NCBI GenBank assembly: GCA_003150515.1
Contig: QALW01000010.1
Location: 15,894 to 79,893 of the forward strand
DNA length: 64,000 nt
Reading direction: 5' to 3'
Origin: Selenomonadales bacterium
GTDB lineage: Bacteria > Bacillota > Clostridia > Christensenellales > QALW01
Below, one piece after another: positions 52,299-62,403 of the stretch. The position numbers were made by a program, and so were the translations under genes. Below the pieces are notes generated by a model. That model saw nothing but the letters and a program-made list of their open reading frames with translations. It was not told where the DNA came from and ran no database searches. Numbering within the stretch: the stretch's first letter is position 1; every line of letters begins with the position of its first letter.

Positions 52299-52751
52299 AT
52301 GAATAAATGGGACGCGCGGTTTATGGAATTGGCGGAGACCGTGGGCGGATGGTCCAGCTGTTACCGGAGCGGAAGAAAAATAGGAGCGGTAATTGTCCGG
52401 GATAAGCGCATTTTAACTACCGGCTATAACGGCGCGCCCGCCGGACTGCTTTCATGCGCTGAGAGAGGGGAATGCCTCAGAGACCAAATGGGCATACCTT
52501 CAGGCACCCGCCATGAGCTCTGCTATGCCATACATGCCGAGCAGAACGCGCTTATTCAGGCCGCCAAGCTGGGCGTGAGCGTTCAGGGGGCCACCCTTTA
52601 CTGCACTCATCAGCCCTGCACCATATGCACGAAGCTTATTATAAACGCGGGCATAGCGCGTATAGTATATAAATATCCCTATCCGGACGAATTTGCCCAG
52701 GCCCTGCTTAAGCAGGCTGAAGTGCAGGTGGACGTATTTTCAGAGCTATAA
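52299..52751 (+). CDS. dCMP deaminase / ComEB-type cytidine-deoxycytidylate deaminase
   Basis: HAEQNA and PCTICTKLI zinc motifs. Start ambiguous between 52293 and 52299. Confidence 0.85.
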   Translation: MNKWDARFMELAETVGGWSSCYRSGRKIGAVIVRDKRILTTGYNGAPAGLLSCAERGECLRDQMGIPSGTRHELCYAIHAEQNALIQAAKLGVSVQGATLYCTHQPCTICTKLIINAGIARIVYKYPYPDEFAQALLKQAEVQVDVFSEL

Positions 52752-52768
52752 GCGGCTTTATATTGCCG

Positions 52769-52812
52769 GCGCGCCCTCCGGGCTTTAAAAATTCGGAGGG
52801 CGCGCTTTTATA
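52769..52812 (+). terminator. rho-independent terminator of the deaminase gene
   Basis: 12-bp stem gcgcgccctccg/cggagggcgcgc followed by TTTTATATT. Confidence 0.8.
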
Positions 52813-52858
52813 TTGTTTTTATGAAAAATTAATCTGCGCTTTAAAGGGGGCAAAGGGC

Positions 52859-52945
52859 GGGGCGGCGCTGCGCAGGCGCTTTAGCGCCTGCTGGGGGCGC
52901 GCTTTCAGCGCGCCCCCGCGGCCTTCGGCCGCGCAGCGCCGCCCC
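52859..52945. repeat. NP11: 13-15-bp outer stem enclosing three hairpins (87 bp)
   Basis: ggggcggcgctgcgc / gcgcagcgccgcccc. Inner hairpins aggcgc ttta gcgcct, gggggcgcgc tttca gcgcgccccc and gcggcc ttc ggccgc. Confidence 0.9.
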
Positions 52946-53387
52946 GTGATTTTGTTCAGAAGCGAGCCTGAATCTTTCCGCCGTTTTAATTCTGGCAATC
53001 CAAGAGCTTCTACGCTCTAATGCGGCGGGCCGTAACCCCCCTTGGCGCCGGGGCTCTGAATAATTTTAACTGTTTATTTTTTCCGGGTTGATATTGACAT
53101 AGCGTTATATATATGCGATAATTAATACGAGGGATAAAGCGAGCAGAAATGAGCTGAGTTTTTTCATCAGGATCTATCTCCTTAATTTAGTTTTCAATTC
53201 CGGACATTTTACGAGGGGCGCTTATTCAGCGCTTACAGCACCATTGGATTCACCTCCTCGCCTCTGACCATACGCTTTTTTTAAACGGCGATATTTTTTC
53301 CTTTATTGATAGGCAGGGCGCTACTAATTGGATAGTGGCAATAAAAATCAGAAATTCGTAAAAGATGTAGGAAAGGAGAGAAGGATA

Positions 53388-54245
53388 ATGAAGAAAAAGC
53401 AGGTAATAGCCATAGCGGCGGCATTGGCCGCGGTATTGCTTATGAGCACGGCGGTATACGCCATAGGGAATATGGGCGCGGAAAATAATCAGGCAGGCAA
53501 TCCGGCTGAACAGGCGCCTTTGAATACGGCGGGAACTGAAGAAATGGAAGTGCTCCAAACGCTTACGGCCGAGCAGGTGGATATATCTGAATTTTCAGTT
53601 CCCTTAGGCACAAAGGCCGAGCAGATTCTTAGGGAAGCTCTGGTTAAAAAGCCCGGTCAGCAGATGACCGAGCGGGAAATTGAACGCTATAATAATACGC
53701 CTGAATCAATAAAACAGCTTACTTATGAGGAGGCGCGGGAAAAAGAAGCAGAATATAAGGCTATATGGGATAGCTATCAGGAAAATTTTGCTGATAAGGG
53801 CTGGGATGAACGAAATGAGTTAGATCCTGATGGAGAGCGTTTTGAAGCTTTAGATTTGTATTATGACTATAAAGAGTATGCAGACGCTATATCTACAGGC
53901 GTGGAACTGGCAAAAACAATGTATGACGAGCTAAAGTGGGAGGCGGAAGATAGTTTGTTTTTTGCCGTTAAGGATGCCGCTAATGCTAAGTTGGATATAG
54001 AAATAAAATTTAATGCCAATAAAAAGGCTTTGGCTGAATTCTATCTAGCAGTGCTGGCGGATATTGAAGAGGAGCTGGCCTTGCCTGACGCAGACGGAGA
54101 TAAGTTAGTGGATGAACTGCGTGTAATGCGGCAGTATTGGAGTTTGCAGTTTGATGTAAATTTAGGGCAGATCAGCCCTGAATTAATGGCCCAATATACT
54201 CAGCGCTATCAGGCGGGGGAAAGTATAACGGAAATATTAGGCTGA
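53388..54245 (+). CDS. secreted hypothetical protein (signal peptide)
   Basis: MKKKQVIAIAAALAAVLLMSTAVYA signal peptide after AAGGAGAGAAGG. Acidic, helical remainder. Confidence 0.65.
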   Translation: MKKKQVIAIAAALAAVLLMSTAVYAIGNMGAENNQAGNPAEQAPLNTAGTEEMEVLQTLTAEQVDISEFSVPLGTKAEQILREALVKKPGQQMTEREIERYNNTPESIKQLTYEEAREKEAEYKAIWDSYQENFADKGWDERNELDPDGERFEALDLYYDYKEYADAISTGVELAKTMYDELKWEAEDSLFFAVKDAANAKLDIEIKFNANKKALAEFYLAVLADIEEELALPDADGDKLVDELRVMRQYWSLQFDVNLGQISPELMAQYTQRYQAGESITEILG

Positions 54246-54272
54246 TAAGACGTTGACTCGAATAGGATTATT

Positions 54273-54303
54273 AAAGGGAAAGCTGTTTTTCAGCTTTCCC
54301 TTT
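54273..54303. terminator. NP12: bidirectional terminator-like perfect hairpin with GGGAAAGC/GCTTTCCC arms
   Basis: aaagggaaagctg ttttt cagctttcccttt, between convergent genes. A-tract and T-tract flanks. Confidence 0.8.
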
Positions 54304-54335
54304 TGTTTGCTGCGCGGTGCGTTTAAATGTTTCGC

Positions 54336-55052
54336 CTATATTATTTTTCCCTTAAGCTTATTAATGCTGCGGGGAATGCTGTCCTGAGCCGTGCCCCAGG
54401 GCTTATCCTTATTTTGATAGTCGAATTTTTTTGTAAACCATTCAACTTCTCCGGCCAGCCGCTCCAGGCTTTTAATTTGAATGCCGGCCAGCTCCTGGAT
54501 AAATCGGCTCCTTTCCTTTGCGCTGAGACATGCTTGGGCGCGCTGTATTATCTGGGAGAAATGAGGCTCGCAGAAGCCCTTGCCCTTTTGGAGCAGCTCC
54601 TTAAATTCAATGCTCTTTTCCCAAAGGGACAGCGCCGTATCCATATATCTCTGCATTAATTCCTCTTGCTTTTTGCATATTACGCAGGAATGTTCCTGTT
54701 CTTGCTGAAAATTTATATATTGGTTGATTTGAGCCGCGAGCTTTTGAGGCTTTTGCGCGCTTTTAGCCAGCGCCTCCAGCCGCGCAGTGTTTTTTTTATT
54801 ATGCTCCAGCAGATGGGTATGTATTTGCAAAGCCAGGGGCAGCCGCTTGCCTCCGTCGTAGAGCAGTTTAAAATGCCGGGCGCAGAAGCCCAGCTTATTT
54901 ACTTCTAATCTGTAATCGGGAGACATGGCGGCGCCTCCTAAATAGGTGTCCGTAAAATCTGAATCCAGCTTTTGGCGGATGAGGCAGAGAGGACATTCGC
55001 AGTCCTCCTTAAAGGCATCCAGCACCTGGACGGTCTCAATATGATAATCCAT
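54336..55052 (-). CDS. Cys-rich hypothetical protein with an internal duplication
   Basis: Two modules, CxCPLC...FCARHF and CVICKK...FCEPHF. No assignable family. Confidence 0.6.
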   Translation of the reverse strand: MDYHIETVQVLDAFKEDCECPLCLIRQKLDSDFTDTYLGGAAMSPDYRLEVNKLGFCARHFKLLYDGGKRLPLALQIHTHLLEHNKKNTARLEALAKSAQKPQKLAAQINQYINFQQEQEHSCVICKKQEELMQRYMDTALSLWEKSIEFKELLQKGKGFCEPHFSQIIQRAQACLSAKERSRFIQELAGIQIKSLERLAGEVEWFTKKFDYQNKDKPWGTAQDSIPRSINKLKGKII

Positions 55053-55069
55053 GCGTTTCTCCTATGATT

Positions 55070-56143
55070 TTATTTTTCCCGGCCGTTTTCAGGGCTCTGG
55101 TTTACTTTGGCAAATATCATCCGGCCGGCGCTGGTCTGCAAAACGCTGGTTACGACGCATTCCACGCTCTGGCCGACGTATGCCCGGCCTCCCTCTACGA
55201 CTATCATGGTGCCGTCCTCAAAATAGGCGACTCCCTGGCCCGGCTCCTTGCCTTCCCGCACAATTTGAAGATTTAATTCTTCGCCCGGCAGCAGCACGGG
55301 CTTTACTGCGTTGCTTAAATCGTTGAGATTTAAAATTTTAACTCCGCCCGCGTGCGCTAATTTATTGAGATTATAATCGTTGGTTATAATTGCGGCGTTC
55401 TTATCTTTGGCCAATTTCAGCAGGCGGTTATCAATATCTCCCTCAAATTCGGAGGAGTCGAATTGAATTATAACCCCTGATTCCTGCAAACGGGCGAGCA
55501 TATCCATGCCCCTGCGGCCGCGCGCCCGTTTAAGCACGTCCTCGCTTTCGGTAAGCCGTTTCAATTCGTTTACCACCGCCTGGCTGATAATAAACGTTCC
55601 CGTTAAAAAGCCCGTTTGTATGACGTCGGCTATGCGTCCGTCTATTAATACGCTGGAATCGGGAATATATGCTTTTTCTCCGTCTCCGCCGCCCGTTAAA
55701 TCAATTTTAACCTCGTCCCGGCGCGCAAGAGCGACTCTTATTCCCAATATGCCGAAAGTCAGATAAAGAAGCAGATTTATAATTGTCGCTATGAGGGGGC
55801 TGGTAATTTGAATGGCCTGCGCTATAAGAAAGGCGATGACTAAGCCCAGAACCAGCCCGAAAAGACATAGGATTAATTCCTTGGTGGGCATTTTTGAAAT
55901 GCGCTTTTCAGTTTTGGCTATGCCTTTAGAGATAAACGCGGCGAATTTATCGCTGAAAATAAAAAATATTACCCCCGGAATAATTGCGGCCGCTCCGAAA
56001 ATTACTCCTACTCCCGTATCGGTAATAATATCGGCCAGGGTTATTTCAAAATATTTGTTTATAAAATCTATAAGAAAGAATACAAAGCCTATGCCGCAGG
56101 CGGCGCCCAGCGGAAAGGATATTATTTTAAACAGTCGTCTCAT
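55070..56143 (-). CDS. yacL: PIN/TRAM-domain protein (YacL-like)
   Basis: N-terminal TM helices, PIN domain (YIPDSSVLIDGRI), C-terminal TRAM. Conserved position after radA. Start at MRRLFKII. Confidence 0.8.
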   Translation of the reverse strand: MRRLFKIISFPLGAACGIGFVFFLIDFINKYFEITLADIITDTGVGVIFGAAAIIPGVIFFIFSDKFAAFISKGIAKTEKRISKMPTKELILCLFGLVLGLVIAFLIAQAIQITSPLIATIINLLLYLTFGILGIRVALARRDEVKIDLTGGGDGEKAYIPDSSVLIDGRIADVIQTGFLTGTFIISQAVVNELKRLTESEDVLKRARGRRGMDMLARLQESGVIIQFDSSEFEGDIDNRLLKLAKDKNAAIITNDYNLNKLAHAGGVKILNLNDLSNAVKPVLLPGEELNLQIVREGKEPGQGVAYFEDGTMIVVEGGRAYVGQSVECVVTSVLQTSAGRMIFAKVNQSPENGREK

Positions 56144-56196
56144 GGCAGCTTTCCCCTTTATTTTTTCGGCTTTAATTTTGTTCAGGAACAATTCGG

Positions 56197-57561
56197 CTAT
56201 TCAAAGCATAGCTTCAGGGCTTCGCGTACAGATTGAGCAAAGCATAAATTAAGCCCGCTCTGCGGAAGTCCCTTTTTATTTCCGTTGGGCAGAATAATCC
56301 GCTTGAATCCCAGCTTCTCGCATTCGCTTATGCGCTTGGCAATGCCAGTTACGGCGCGCAGCTCTCCTGTCAGCCCGATTTCTCCTATAAGCACGGTGTC
56401 CTTATCCACGGCCTGCGCTCTCAGGCTGGAAACCAGCGCGCATACCATAGCTAAATCCGAGCCCGGCTCGTCCAGGCGGAAACCGCCCGCTACATTTATA
56501 AATACGTCCTGAGTATACAGCTTAAAGCCCAGCTTTTTTTCCAGAACGGCCAGCAGCATGTTCATGCGGCTGTAATCCACTCCTGTTCCAGTCCGGCGGG
56601 GCATAGGGGTAACGGCCGTGCTGCAAAGGGCCTGAAGCTCGCAGAGCACAGGCCTGGAGCCTTCCATGGCGCAGTATACGGCCGAGCCGGGCTCTGTCCG
56701 CGGGCTCTGGCTTAAAAACATTTCGCTGGGATTCTTAACCTCCTCCATGCCGTTTGCGCTCATTTCAAAAACCCCTATTTCATTAGTGGAGCCGAAACGG
56801 TTTTTGGCCGCCCGCAGTATGCGGAAAGTATTGGAACGCTCTCCCTCGAAATATAATACGGTGTCCACAATATGTTCCAGCACTTTAGGACCGGCAATAG
56901 AGCCTTCTTTTGTGACGTGCCCGACTATGAATATGGCGCATCCCATTTCTTTAGCCAGGCGCATAAGGCGTCCGGCGCATTCGCGCACCTGGGAGACGCT
57001 GCCCGGCGCGCTGCTTATATCGGGAGTATAGATAGTCTGAATGGAATCGCAGATTACTATTTCGGGCTTTAGAAACTGAATCTGAGAGATTATATCGTTT
57101 AATTCGGTTTCTGCAAGTATGTAAAGCTCGCCTTCAATCGCGCCCAGCCTGTCCGCCCTGAGGCGCACTTGCTTGGACGATTCTTCAGCCGAGATATAGA
57201 GGAGCTTTCTGCCTGACTGAGAGCATAAAAGCGCCGTCTGGAGCAAAAGCGTGGATTTGCCTATGCCGGGATCTCCCGCGCAGAGCACTACCGAGGCGGG
57301 CACTATTCCTCCGCCTAATACTCTTTCCAATTCGGGTATGCCGCAGGGTATGCGCGAAATTTCAGCAGTTTCAACGTCCTTAAGCTGCACGGCCTTTGCC
57401 GCGGTTCCGTAATGGGCGGAGGAGGCGCTCTGAGAATGCTGGGGCTGGATTTCTTCTTCAATTAAGCAGTTCCAGTTTTGGCAGTTGGGGCACCGCCCCA
57501 TCCATTTGCCCGATTCATAGCCGCATTCAGAGCATACGAATCGTGTTTTTACTTTCGCCAA
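56197..57561 (-). CDS. radA: DNA repair protein RadA/Sms
   Basis: Zn ribbon CSECGYESGKWMGRCPNC, Walker A GDPGIGKST, KNRFG motif, Lon-like C-terminus. Confidence 0.97.
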   Translation of the reverse strand: MAKVKTRFVCSECGYESGKWMGRCPNCQNWNCLIEEEIQPQHSQSASSAHYGTAAKAVQLKDVETAEISRIPCGIPELERVLGGGIVPASVVLCAGDPGIGKSTLLLQTALLCSQSGRKLLYISAEESSKQVRLRADRLGAIEGELYILAETELNDIISQIQFLKPEIVICDSIQTIYTPDISSAPGSVSQVRECAGRLMRLAKEMGCAIFIVGHVTKEGSIAGPKVLEHIVDTVLYFEGERSNTFRILRAAKNRFGSTNEIGVFEMSANGMEEVKNPSEMFLSQSPRTEPGSAVYCAMEGSRPVLCELQALCSTAVTPMPRRTGTGVDYSRMNMLLAVLEKKLGFKLYTQDVFINVAGGFRLDEPGSDLAMVCALVSSLRAQAVDKDTVLIGEIGLTGELRAVTGIAKRISECEKLGFKRIILPNGNKKGLPQSGLNLCFAQSVREALKLCFE

Positions 57562-57636
57562 AAAATAATTCCCCCTTAATCGGCCGCTTTGAGCGGCTTA
57601 TATTTCTATTACATTTGCGCGGCTGACGTTCCGCTC

Positions 57637-57780
57637 TTTGCCGCAATAAAAAGAATCAACGCCGCGGCGCCGGCCGCTTTGCGGGCCTCCGGCCCGCCGG
57701 GGCCCCTCCGGGGCCCTGCCCCCGCGCGCGGGGGCAAGCGGCCGGCCCCGCGGCGTTGATTCTTTATTATTGCGGCAAAA
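57637..57780. repeat. NP13: about 31-bp outer stem (1-nt bulge), 11-bp second stem and three inner hairpins (144 bp)
   Basis: tttgccgcaataaaaagaatcaacgccgcgg pairs with ccgcggcgttgattctttattattgcggcaaa. Inner structures gccggccgctt/aagcggccggc, gcgggcc tcc ggcccgc, gggcccc tcc ggggccc and tgcccccgcgcgcgggggca. Confidence 0.9.
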
Positions 57781-57811
57781 TTGCAAAAGCCGGCCGGCCC
57801 GGAATGAAAAA

Positions 57812-59815
57812 TTATCCCAGAATATTATACATAAATACGTCTCCTGAGCCGCTGGAGGATTTATCCTCCCATACAATAACCCGGCCCTGGGTTTCGGGCA
57901 GAATGGAAGCCCGCTCCGCGCTGGAAACCCGCATCAGAGTGTTGGCCTTATAGTAATATGCCCAAATCTCCTGGTTGCTGTTGATAACAACGAAATCCGT
58001 TCCCAGAGCGTAGGAGGTAACGCCCGTCTGCAGCAGGGAAACCTCGTTAGTGCTTAAATCCAGCATATACAAGCTGGAGTCAGGCGCCTTATTTTTATCT
58101 ATCCAAATTATAACCTCTCCGTTGTACATGGGCTCGTGCACATACATTCCGGCCGGATAATAATACACCTTTAAAGTCTCGTTTTCCGAACTGGAAGGCA
58201 GGGCGAGCCAGGGGCCCTCGGGCAGGGCGGGAGTATTGCCGGGAGTGGGCGAAGAAGCGGAGGTGTTTTCCAATGAAGCGGAAGGCGCTGAAGTGCTGCC
58301 GGCCGAGGGTGAATCTTCTGCGCCCTGCTCCTGATCTTCCGGATTGTAATTGTCGTCCATTTTAAAATCCGCCCTGAAAATAGCGCTGTTGCCGCTGCCT
58401 GACGGATCCGCGCCCACCCATAATACGGTGTTCTGGTAAATATAAGGCGCTGAAAGGGCGTAGGCGGTTTCGTGGAATTCTTCTATTACGATATCCTCTT
58501 CGCTGTTCAATTCCAGCAAATAGAGCCTGTCGCTCTCCTCGTCAATTTGTTCCATCCAGGCCAGCAAATCGCCGTACAGGCTTAATTTAGGCCTTAAATT
58601 TCCCACTTCGCGCACCTTGGTTATATCCCCGCTCTGACGGTTCATCTTATATATGATGTTGGTGCCCTTGTGGTCGGTATCCAGCCAGATTATCCATTTA
58701 TCGCTTAAAAAATACTCAAAGATTTCTCCGTCTTCTATCTGAGTGGTGGCAATTTTGGTGTATTTCTGAGTGGTAACGTCAAAGAGATAAAGAGTGGTAA
58801 GCACGGGCTTTTCAATAGAACCGTTGCCCGCCGAAAAAAGCAGTTCGCTGCCGTATACGGCCGGACGGTTAATCCGCTTTTCTTCAACCATAATCTGCTT
58901 GGCGTTTACGCTGTTGTCCATTATTATCATGCCCGACGGCTCGGAGATAAGCGGAGGGCCGGTAGGCGTGGGATTAGCCCAGGCGCCGGGAGGCGTCATG
59001 CTTGAAAGCCCGCCCGGCTGGGTGATTCCGGGGCTTGCCGCGCCGGTGCGGCTGGAATCTTTTATGGAGATTACTAAAATAGCCGCGATAACCGCTATGC
59101 AGGCGGTAAGGAAAATCAGGTTTTCCTTGGCCGAAATGGGCTTGGATTTTTTTCTCTGGGGGCGCTGCGCTTTTTGAGCGCGCATATCCACCAGGTCGGA
59201 TTCGTCGCTCTGCTCCTCTTCAGGCAACGGGTTTTTATCAGGCGCGGCCTGCCGGTCTGCGTCCGCTTCATTTGTTTTTGAGCCTTTGAAATTGTCAGCC
59301 TGTAAAGCGCGCTTTTTTGCTTCAGTTTCAGCCGGAGAACTGCCGGCCAGGAAAGCGCGCTTTTTTGCTTCAGTTTCATCCGCAGAACTGCCAGCCAGGA
59401 AAGCGCGCTTTTTTGCTTCGGTTTCATCCGCAGAACTGCTGGCCAGGAAAGCGCGCTCTGTTGCTTCGGTTTCAGTTGCAGAATTGCCGGCCGGGGGAAC
59501 CTGCTCTTTTGTTTCGGCTTTAATTGAATTTACCGCTTCGGAATTATCAGCGGCGCGGACGCGTTCCTCTAAGGCCGATCCCTCCGGCATTGAAGCGCCC
59601 TGCGCCTGGCCGGGGGCGTCCTTGGAGGGATTGGCCGAATGAGCCGTAACGGCTTCTTGAGAATCAGAAGACGTTGGCTCCTCGGGCTGAAACGCGCTTT
59701 TAAACGAGCCCGGCTCCTTTTGCGCGGAAGGCTGCTTTTCAGCGGCCGCCCGCGGATATCTGCCTGTGGTTTTGCCGTTTGTTTTATTTTTTTTGGAAAA
59801 ACTGCTGTATTTCAT
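57812..59815 (-). CDS. membrane-anchored hypothetical protein with N-terminal 16-aa tandem repeats and a C-terminal beta-rich domain
   Basis: 667 aa. Repeats ETEAKKRAFLAGSSAD, TM helix LIFLTACIAVIAAILVISI, then a W/Y-rich extracytoplasmic domain. Confidence 0.7.
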   Translation of the reverse strand: MKYSSFSKKNKTNGKTTGRYPRAAAEKQPSAQKEPGSFKSAFQPEEPTSSDSQEAVTAHSANPSKDAPGQAQGASMPEGSALEERVRAADNSEAVNSIKAETKEQVPPAGNSATETEATERAFLASSSADETEAKKRAFLAGSSADETEAKKRAFLAGSSPAETEAKKRALQADNFKGSKTNEADADRQAAPDKNPLPEEEQSDESDLVDMRAQKAQRPQRKKSKPISAKENLIFLTACIAVIAAILVISIKDSSRTGAASPGITQPGGLSSMTPPGAWANPTPTGPPLISEPSGMIIMDNSVNAKQIMVEEKRINRPAVYGSELLFSAGNGSIEKPVLTTLYLFDVTTQKYTKIATTQIEDGEIFEYFLSDKWIIWLDTDHKGTNIIYKMNRQSGDITKVREVGNLRPKLSLYGDLLAWMEQIDEESDRLYLLELNSEEDIVIEEFHETAYALSAPYIYQNTVLWVGADPSGSGNSAIFRADFKMDDNYNPEDQEQGAEDSPSAGSTSAPSASLENTSASSPTPGNTPALPEGPWLALPSSSENETLKVYYYPAGMYVHEPMYNGEVIIWIDKNKAPDSSLYMLDLSTNEVSLLQTGVTSYALGTDFVVINSNQEIWAYYYKANTLMRVSSAERASILPETQGRVIVWEDKSSSGSGDVFMYNILG
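59304..59495. repeat. 48-bp in-frame tandem repeat, four copies (inside the 667-aa CDS)
   Basis: Units start at 59304, 59352, 59400 and 59448; the last is diverged. Confidence 0.9.
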
Positions 59816-59818
59816 GTA

Positions 59819-60313
59819 TTATTTATCCTTTTTAATAATAAGAGCGCAGGCTGTGGCCGCAATGCCTTCCTGCCGCCCGGTAAAGCCTAAGCGTTCAGTG
59901 GTGGTGGCCTTAACGCCCACCCGCTCGGGCTCAATTTCCAGCGCCTGGGCAATATTCAGTCTCATCTCCTCTTTATATGGGGAAAGCTTGGGCGCCTGCG
60001 CGGCTATAACGCTGTCTATATTTATTATCAGAAATCCCTTTTCCGCTAAAAGCCCGCCCACTTGTTTAAGCAGCGCCAGGCTGTCCGCGCCCTTAAAGGC
60101 TATGTCGCTGTCGGGAAAGAGCTGGCCTATATCGGGCAGCCCTGCTCCGCCCAGAAGCGCGTCCATAACGGCGTGCGTCAGCACGTCCGCGTCCGAATGT
60201 CCCATAAGGCCGAGCTCGTATTCTATTTTAACCCCTCCTATTATAAGAGGACGCCCTTTAATCAGGGCGTGCACGTCCATGCCCGTGCCTACGCGCGCGT
60301 TCATTATATTCAT
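59819..60313 (-). CDS. ispF: 2-C-methyl-D-erythritol 2,4-cyclodiphosphate synthase
   Basis: GTGMDVHAL..., GHSDADVLTHAVMDALLGA motif. Confidence 0.95.
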   Translation of the reverse strand: MNIMNARVGTGMDVHALIKGRPLIIGGVKIEYELGLMGHSDADVLTHAVMDALLGGAGLPDIGQLFPDSDIAFKGADSLALLKQVGGLLAEKGFLIINIDSVIAAQAPKLSPYKEEMRLNIAQALEIEPERVGVKATTTERLGFTGRQEGIAATACALIIKKDK

Positions 60314-60564
60314 TGCTTTTCCTCCGTGACGGGCTTATACATGCTTGAAGCCTGGTCTTTAAGCGCGTGCTCGTTAAGGGAAAGCACCATAAAGCTGGAG
60401 GAACGCTCTCCAAAATTCAAAGTTATGACGTCGCCGGTTTTTAATACGCAGCCCGCTTTAGCCGGGCGGCCGTTTACGCTCACCCTGCCCGAATCGCAGG
60501 CCTCGTTGGCCACGCTTCTGCGTTTAATCAGCCGGGACACCTTTAAAAATTTATCCAGTCTCAT
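60310..60564 (-). CDS. S4-domain RNA-binding protein (YabO/Hsp15-like)
   Basis: MRLDKFLKVSRLIKRRSVA...GRVSVNGRPAK. Start at the ATG after AGGTGA. Confidence 0.8.
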   Translation of the reverse strand: MRLDKFLKVSRLIKRRSVANEACDSGRVSVNGRPAKAGCVLKTGDVITLNFGERSSSFMVLSLNEHALKDQASSMYKPVTEEKQ

Positions 60565-60886
60565 ATTTTTCACCTGTTATTATTAGCGTTTGAGCGCCAA
60601 AAAATTATATTATTTGCATGCCGCGCATTATTGAACAATATTTCATTTTATATTATAGCACCTTTCATAAGATTTATAAAGAGGTATAAGCAGGGCGAAA
60701 GATAAAGTATACACTCTTTTTACATATGCATATATGCGCATAATAAAATATGGCGGATTGCAGCCGGCGCGGCCCGCGCTTTGCGGGGCGCGCCCAAGGA
60801 GGATGCTTATAAACAATTTTCCGCTTGCGAATATAAAAATTGTATTATAAAATAATATTAAGTATTAAAAATGTTTTTCAATATAA

Positions 60887-62005
<1,119 letters not shown>

Positions 62006-62403
62006 AAGCAATTAATAGTGCCCGCGTTTTTTAAAGGATGAGTTCTGCGCTTTTAAAAGGCTGGGCCCGGCCATGGCCCGGCCGGGCGTTTAAAGCAATT
62101 TTTATGCGGGGCGGGCCTGGAGAAATACGAGCGGAGCATAACGCTTTTTCAGGGGGTTTCCTTTTTAGGAAAAAGCGCCGTGTTCCGCTCGTATTGCATG
62201 TTTATATCAGAATAGGTTCATTCCGGGCCGGTTCCGCCTGAACTGGGGCGCTGGAAATTAAAAAATCTCCCTTTTGCGGCGCATTGTATTCTGATTGTAT
62301 AATCTAATCCGTTTGAAATGAGCAAAATAAAGTTTACAAACTTTTGGTTGGACAAGCGGGCGGGTTTATTGTACAATTTAAGCTAAAAGGAGCGGATGCG
62401 TTT

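Noticed and set aside
53250-53558. 102-aa minus-strand ORF.
   Set aside because: It overlaps the 5' end, RBS and signal-peptide region of the better-supported plus-strand secreted protein (53388-54245). It has no SD.
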